DNA from: Lingula anatina
Lineage: Eukaryota; Animalia; Brachiopoda
NCBI GenBank assembly: GCA_051362555.1
Contig: CM120643.1
Span: forward strand, 7,378,001 to 7,442,000
Length of the DNA: 64,000 nucleotides
Direction: 5' to 3'
The translations under genes were made by a program, and so were the position numbers. Under the pieces are notes generated by a model. That model ran no database searches. It was not told the DNA's origin and saw only the letters and a list, made by a program, of their open reading frames with translations. Below, in pieces: positions 58,056 through 64,000 of this stretch. Each line of letters starts with the position of its first letter. The first letter of the stretch is position 1.

Positions 58056-58200
58056 GCTTTTTTTTCTCGCACTTTCTCGCGAGATTTCGTGTTTTTTTTT
58101 TCAATTTCATTTTGAAAATGAAACAGATTGATCTCTCGGGATTTCGCGCGACCACGCGGGATTACGCGCGATCTCGCGAGATTACACGCGATCTAGCAAA
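58056..58200 (-). promoter_or_regulatory. Putative CpG-rich promoter inside the right TIR; mirror copy at ~34860-35011 on +
   Basis: TCTCGCGAGA palindromes at 58075-58084 and 58172-58181 lie just upstream of the kinase ATG. Variants (tctcacgaga at 34984, cccgcgagatcgcgcg) lie upstream of the transposase ATG. Confidence 0.55.
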
Positions 58201-61167
58201 TTTCGCTTTTCGTTTTTTTTTTCGTTTTTTTTTTTTTTTTTTTTTTTCAATTTCGCTTTTCGTTTTTTTTTTTTTTTTTTTTTAATTTTTTTTTTCGCTT
58301 GGCCCTCCTGGGATTCCATAGTATACTGTCATCTTTAGAAATAAATTTCAAATGATGTGAGATGTTCCTCGAGTTGATCTAAACCATATTTTGTGTTCAA
58401 AAGTGAATTTGAAATCGAAGTTTTACCAAAGCTGTAACTGGAGTTCAACTTTACCTCTAATGCTTGCATTCTTAGAGAACAGGTTCCAACTTCGAATTAT
58501 CAGTAAGTTGTGGCAAATTTATTCAGCTTTCTGCCAATGTAAGCATGTAAGGAACTTTACCGTTATCCAGGAATGGCACAAATCAATTCACACCCGTGTA
58601 TGTAAAAAAATCGTACTTGCAACAACCGTAAGCCAGCCTCGTTTTGACTTAGTACATTCTTGTTATATTCTAACCTCGTTTTGAATTCCCCACCCGCACA
58701 ATATTTTCTATATAGAGAAGAGAAGCTTGCACAGGAAGAATGGAGGAAATGAACATTTCATTTCTTTTGGCAAATAAGCATTTATCTATTACACGAGGCC
58801 ACCCGCTGCCAGTTTCTTTTTATTGAAAGACTAATAAAAACAAAACAAACAAGACTTTTATCAACTGAATTTTTTTTTTTTTTTACATATGAACAACTAT
58901 ATAATATTTAAAACATAATATCATCAACAAAAATATCAATATTGTGACAGCCAACAGGAATTAAAGCTGATGCAAATATACATGTATATTTGTGGCAAAA
59001 ATTATTTTTTACTTTTGCAACACATTGATATGGCAATTATATTTTACACTTCTTGATCATAACATAGAGTTATAGCCACAGGACACACTACTCCTTTTAA
59101 AAACAGGATCAATATAAACAATATATATAATTTCATAAATTTACCTGGAATCAGCAATTTATTTCACTGATACCAGTTAGTCCTGTACCAGTCTATATTT
59201 TCATTTGAATTTATTTTGTAAGTGTCATAGTGGTGATTTCACAGCCAAACTTCATTTAAAAACTTGCACATTTAATTATATTACATGAAACTGTTAATGT
59301 ATTTTATTCATTAGAAATAACTGTAACCAAGTTTTAAAAGCATGTTTTCAGTTTTAAAAGGATTAATTAACTTCTGAGCTTCTGTCATAATTGCCAGGAA
59401 TGGCAAAATGATTAATCCTGGTCCCTTTCATGTTCTTCAAGCCTAGAAAAATATTAGATTAAAACATTAAAAAGTTTGAAAAGGTAACATTCAAAAACAT
59501 TTTTACCTGCATATATCTTTACACACACACAACAACAACAACAACAACAACACACACTAAAATCAGCATAAATAATAAACCACAATCTTGATAATAGGGA
59601 AGCTGGTATCAATCAATTTATCTAAAATAGTACTCTAAAAGTGTATCAATATTGAAGTCTACAAACTACAGTGTTCACAACTATAATACACTATAAAACA
59701 AAGGAGTTTTGTTAATATAATGTTCTTTTTTTCATGAAACATTTTCCCCTCACATACTTATAACCCATGTGTTGTGTGTGTGGGAGATTTTAAACAAAAC
59801 TAAACTGTTCCTTCTAACAAAAAATTGCCTATGATATGGCTATCACAATTTGAAAACATATACACAATGTTATAGCACTTGGCATTTTATGATGCACAGT
59901 ATGTATGTACGTATGCAAATGGTCAACAAATGGGGGTAAAAATGTAATAAAACTTATTTTGACTAACAAGTTTTCCCCCATATTGATATTGTACATTTGT
60001 ACCCTGCCAAAGAAGCAAACATGTTAAAAGTCAAAATTTGTTATTCATATTTTTGAAAAGATGCTTGTGGTTGGTTTTCAATTTTGTATCTTTCACAACT
60101 ATAATTTACAAGCATGTGTGGCCCCACACTCACCCCATGCACACACATGCAGGGCAGATAACATTGCTTTTCACTGACATCAACATCCAACATAAATAAA
60201 TCGACTTTCCCACACCTTGGACAGGGACCACAAGGAAAACACATGGGTAAATGTCCTAGCTAAGCTTTCTCTTGGGCATGATATATTATTCAATTTATGA
60301 TAAAATAAAAAATATGTTCAAGTGATATATACCAATAAATTGATATGAAAAGCTACTTACTACTTGGCAATGTACATGTATATTCAGCTGTGGAACACTG
60401 ACATCTTAATTGTTATAATACAAGCCTTTGAACTGTCAACACTTTAGGTCACTGAAAGTATAAAAAGGTAGATAAAATATTGAACCTATTATTTATTGGG
60501 CATTCTTGTACATGATAATAATAAATAACTGATAAATATTTTCTATCAGTTTATACAAGTTTCAATCCTTTTTCATGGAAATTTCAAAATATTACTTTTT
60601 TTGTTTTTTTTTTCATCTTACTTAAATCAAAATGCAAATAAATAGCATGAAAAGGATAATGCAGAATATCTAAAAAATGGCTTTTACATCCTCAAAAGTG
60701 ACCTATCCCCCTCTCATAATATATCTATCTATACAGAATCAAGTATACTACATGTCATTTCGCGGGCCATTTCTGTTAATAAACATCAAAGCACAAAAAA
60801 AAAGCATAAGAAGGCAAATTCTCAATATTTTATTGTGACATTCATACAAGACATGAGGCAAGACTGCCCCCACATTCACTCTACTGTGATCGCCCCAACC
60901 ACACACACTGTGATTTCATGAAGTATTTAATCTAGTTAACTTCAAAACACCAAAAAATTGCATGAAAATGCAAAAATTCAATATTAAACTTCGACATTCA
61001 TTCAAGATGTAACACAAGACTGCCCATGTAGTTACTCGGAACATTGCAAAATATACTACCTGTCGGAAATGTAGAAAATCGATAAGTTACAGGTTAGGTT
61101 CCTACCTAAATTTTTTACCTGTTCAAAAACATATGTCAAACTATTAAAAAAACTGAACAGATAAAGA

Positions 61168-61599
61168 ACAAGGCAGCAAAGCTGTCAAATGTACAGACAA
61201 AGAACAGAAAATAAAGATGCAAATAAGTGAAAAATTAAATTTTCACAAAAAACTGTTAAATTGCCAGAAAAATTTACCAAACAGACTGCGTTGCCTATTG
61301 AAGCTGTATGTTAGACCCATGTTTCTTTCCTGTAAGTTTGAGAACAGTAAGTGACATGATTTCCCTTAAATGGTCATCATAGGAGCAGTGCCCAAAATAG
61401 GGGTTTCTTCAAATTTTGATGCAACATTACATTATGTTTAACAGCATAATGACAATCAAATGTTATTAATAAAATATTAGTAACATGGACATTCAGAAAA
61501 TGTGACAAGCAAAAGTCTTCAAGATCATGGAACTTTAAAGTCACACCTTGAAAATGCCAATATGTAAAAAATTAAATTTTCACAAAAAACTGTTTAACT

Positions 61600-61634
<35 letters not shown>

Positions 61635-63109
61635 AAACAGACTGCATTGCCTACTGAAGCTGTATTTTAGTCCCATGTTTCTTTCCTGTAAGTTTGAAAA
61701 CAGTAAGTGACATGATTTTCCTTAAATGGTCATCATGGAAGCAGTGCCCAAAATGGGAGTTTCTTCAAATTTTGATGCAATATTACATAATGTTTAACAG
61801 CTTAATGACCATCAATTTTTAATTATAAAATATTTGTATCACAGATATTCAGAAAATGTGACTAGCAAAGGTCTTCAGGCCCATGGAACTTCAAAGTCAC
61901 GCCTTGATAATGCCAAAATGTAAACAAGACAGCACTGTTCTGAAATGGGTTTATTTCCATTTTTAACACTTTTTTAACATAAAACAAAATAAACATTTTA
62001 CTGCCATTTTTATATGTCCAACTAAGAAAATTGATGAGATGGGAAAAGTATCAATAGAAGTGTTAAATGTCCAATTTCCTCCATTCTGAGATTCTGAACA
62101 TAGTGGATGATTGAATATGACAAACTGCAATGATATGAGTTTATTTCCATTTTTGACACTTTATTACACAATACATGATAACAAGTTTACCATGTTTTTT
62201 ACATAATCAACTAACAATGTTGTAAAGATGCAGGAAATATCAAACAAACACTTTTAGGCATCTTATTAGTTAAATAATGAGACTGTTAACATGCCTAATA
62301 ATTGAATCTGAGGAAATGTGAAAAAACAGTATAACTTCTTAAGTAATGGCCCGATTATGCTTATTTTCGAACTCAACCTGCGTTTTAGTAAGATTGACCA
62401 CTCCTGTGAGTATAATTACAATTGGCCAATCCGTTTTTCTTATATTGTGTTATCAGTGTTGCATTTATATTGAAAATAGTGAAAAAACAGCATAAATTAC
62501 CTAAAAGTGACCCGATCATGCTGATTTTCGAACTTGACCTGTGTATTATGAATATTCATCAGTTCTGTAAGTTTCAAGTCAAAAGGTAAAATGGTGTTCC
62601 ACTTATCGTGTTATCGGTGCTGCATATATGCTGAAAAAAGTGAAAAAACAGCATAAATTCCCTAAAAGTGACCCGATCATGCTGATTTTCGAACTTGACC
62701 TGCGTTTTATGAATATTCATCAGTTCTGTAAGTTTCAAGTCAAAAGGTAAAATGGTTTTCCACTTATCGTGTTATCGGTGCTGCATACATGCTGAAAAAA
62801 GTGAAAAAACAGCATAAATTCCCTAAAAGTGACCCGATCATGCTGATTTTCGAACTTGACCTGCGTATTATGAATATTCATCAGTTCTGTAAGTTTCAAG
62901 TCAAAAAGTAAAATGGTTTTCCACTTATCGTGTTATCGGTGCTGCATATATGCTGAAAAAAGTGAAAAAACAGCATAAATTCCCTAAACGTGACCCGATC
63001 ATGCTGATTTTCGAACTTGACCTGCGTATTATGAATAGTCATCAGTTCTGCAAGTTTCAAGTCAAAAGGTAAAATGGTTTTCCACTTATCGTGTTATCGG
63101 TAAAAGTGC

Positions 63110-63140
<31 letters not shown>

Positions 63141-63207
63141 CGGCGACGGCGACGACAGACGCAGATGATGGCTATATGTACAGACACATCTGTGTCTGTA
63201 CATAAAA
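61168..63207. mobile_element. Helentron-like (HINE) element with a 161-bp satellite-like array
   Basis: Same termini as 11699-15827. 161-bp period (62521, 62682, 62843, 63004), (gacggc)n microsatellite and terminal hairpin tgtacagacacatctgtgtctgtaca. Confidence 0.8.
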
Positions 63208-63556
63208 ATCATTGTTATCTGCATTTGGCACAATTCAAAAGAACGTGTTTACATTTGGGTTCTGTGTGCCGCCATTTTGGAACACGACAGTAACTTGATA
63301 GAAGATTCAGTGAAACCGATACCTAAACACTACTATGGTATATAAAATATAGCTTAAGAACATACTTTATCGTTCTGTCAAGTGCATTAGTAAAATTATC
63401 AACATATCAGCGTATAAACGTCTGTTCATCTTACCTGTCTCTATGCCTGCTTCTCCCGCCATATTTAGGACGGCCGCCACTTCCAAGTTTTGAAAACGAG
63501 GCCAAATCTAATATTCTCCAAAATAACCGTCATATGAGCCGGTGGCTCCCGGGCTG

Positions 63557-64000
63557 TTGGTTTACCCTGTGAACATCTTCTTATATAGATATAAAATTTA
63601 AATTGCAACATAATGAGATCAATAATTGAAGAGAGGCTCGTAGAGCCGACTAAGCAATTCCTTTTTGAGACAGGTAGAGTAACTTGAGTATTACATAATA
63701 TATATTCTACCAAGTCGGTCAATAATTTTTGGGTAACCGCACAATTCCAGAATAAATGCTCTGTTGTTTCTTCAGCTCCTTTGCAAAGAGAACATATACT
63801 GTTGTCGACCATTTTATATTTGAAAAGCAGTGAATTTGTGGTAAGAATATTATGATTAATTCGAAATTGGAACCAGTGAAGCTTTGAGTCTTTTGTTATT
63901 GTAAAAGGAAGTTCAAAAATCTTCAGGCATTCATTTTCCTCCAAATTTAACAACTCCTTCCATTTATTCATACCTTTTGACATCTCAAGAACACCTAATT
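63557..64000 (-). mobile_element. L1/Tx1-like LINE ORF2 C-terminal region (zf-RVT); runs off the window edge
   Basis: SKLHWFQFRINHNILTTN...CSLCKGAEETTEHLFWNC...KFYIY. The listed ORF tail AREPPAH... is read-through into the inserted element. Confidence 0.9.

Noticed and set aside
63465-63556. C-terminal tail of ORF 63465-63983 as part of LINE ORF2
   Set aside because: It is read-through into the inserted element; the true continuation starts at 34568 on the minus strand.

Overview
AT-rich, intron-containing animal DNA with repeat types typical of marine invertebrates such as molluscs. The taxon is inferred, not proven, and there are no prokaryotic operons or CRISPR arrays. The main feature is a 23.6-kb IS3EU-type DNA transposon (34725-58320) with TATGG...CCATA termini and a 6-bp GTATAC target-site duplication (TSD). 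It carries two convergent spliced genes that I could assemble in frame by hand: an 11-exon, ~469-aa DDE transposase (+) and a ~16-exon, ~699-aa Ig-like-domain Ser/Thr-type protein kinase (-). Both genes start inside the long imperfect terminal inverted repeats (TIRs). This element sits inside a second TIR element (34572-63556; CAG...CTG, 3-bp TSD), which splits an L1/Tx1-type LINE into two halves 29 kb apart. The left half of the window is a repeat graveyard: a truncated LINE, an Academ-like element, Helentron-like elements, a higher-order satellite, a 62-bp minisatellite, MITEs, a micro-exon-repeat (pseudo)gene, a degraded LDLa-containing gene and a 1.7-kb direct duplication. Exon models were built by eye, and family names come from motifs and termini, not database searches.
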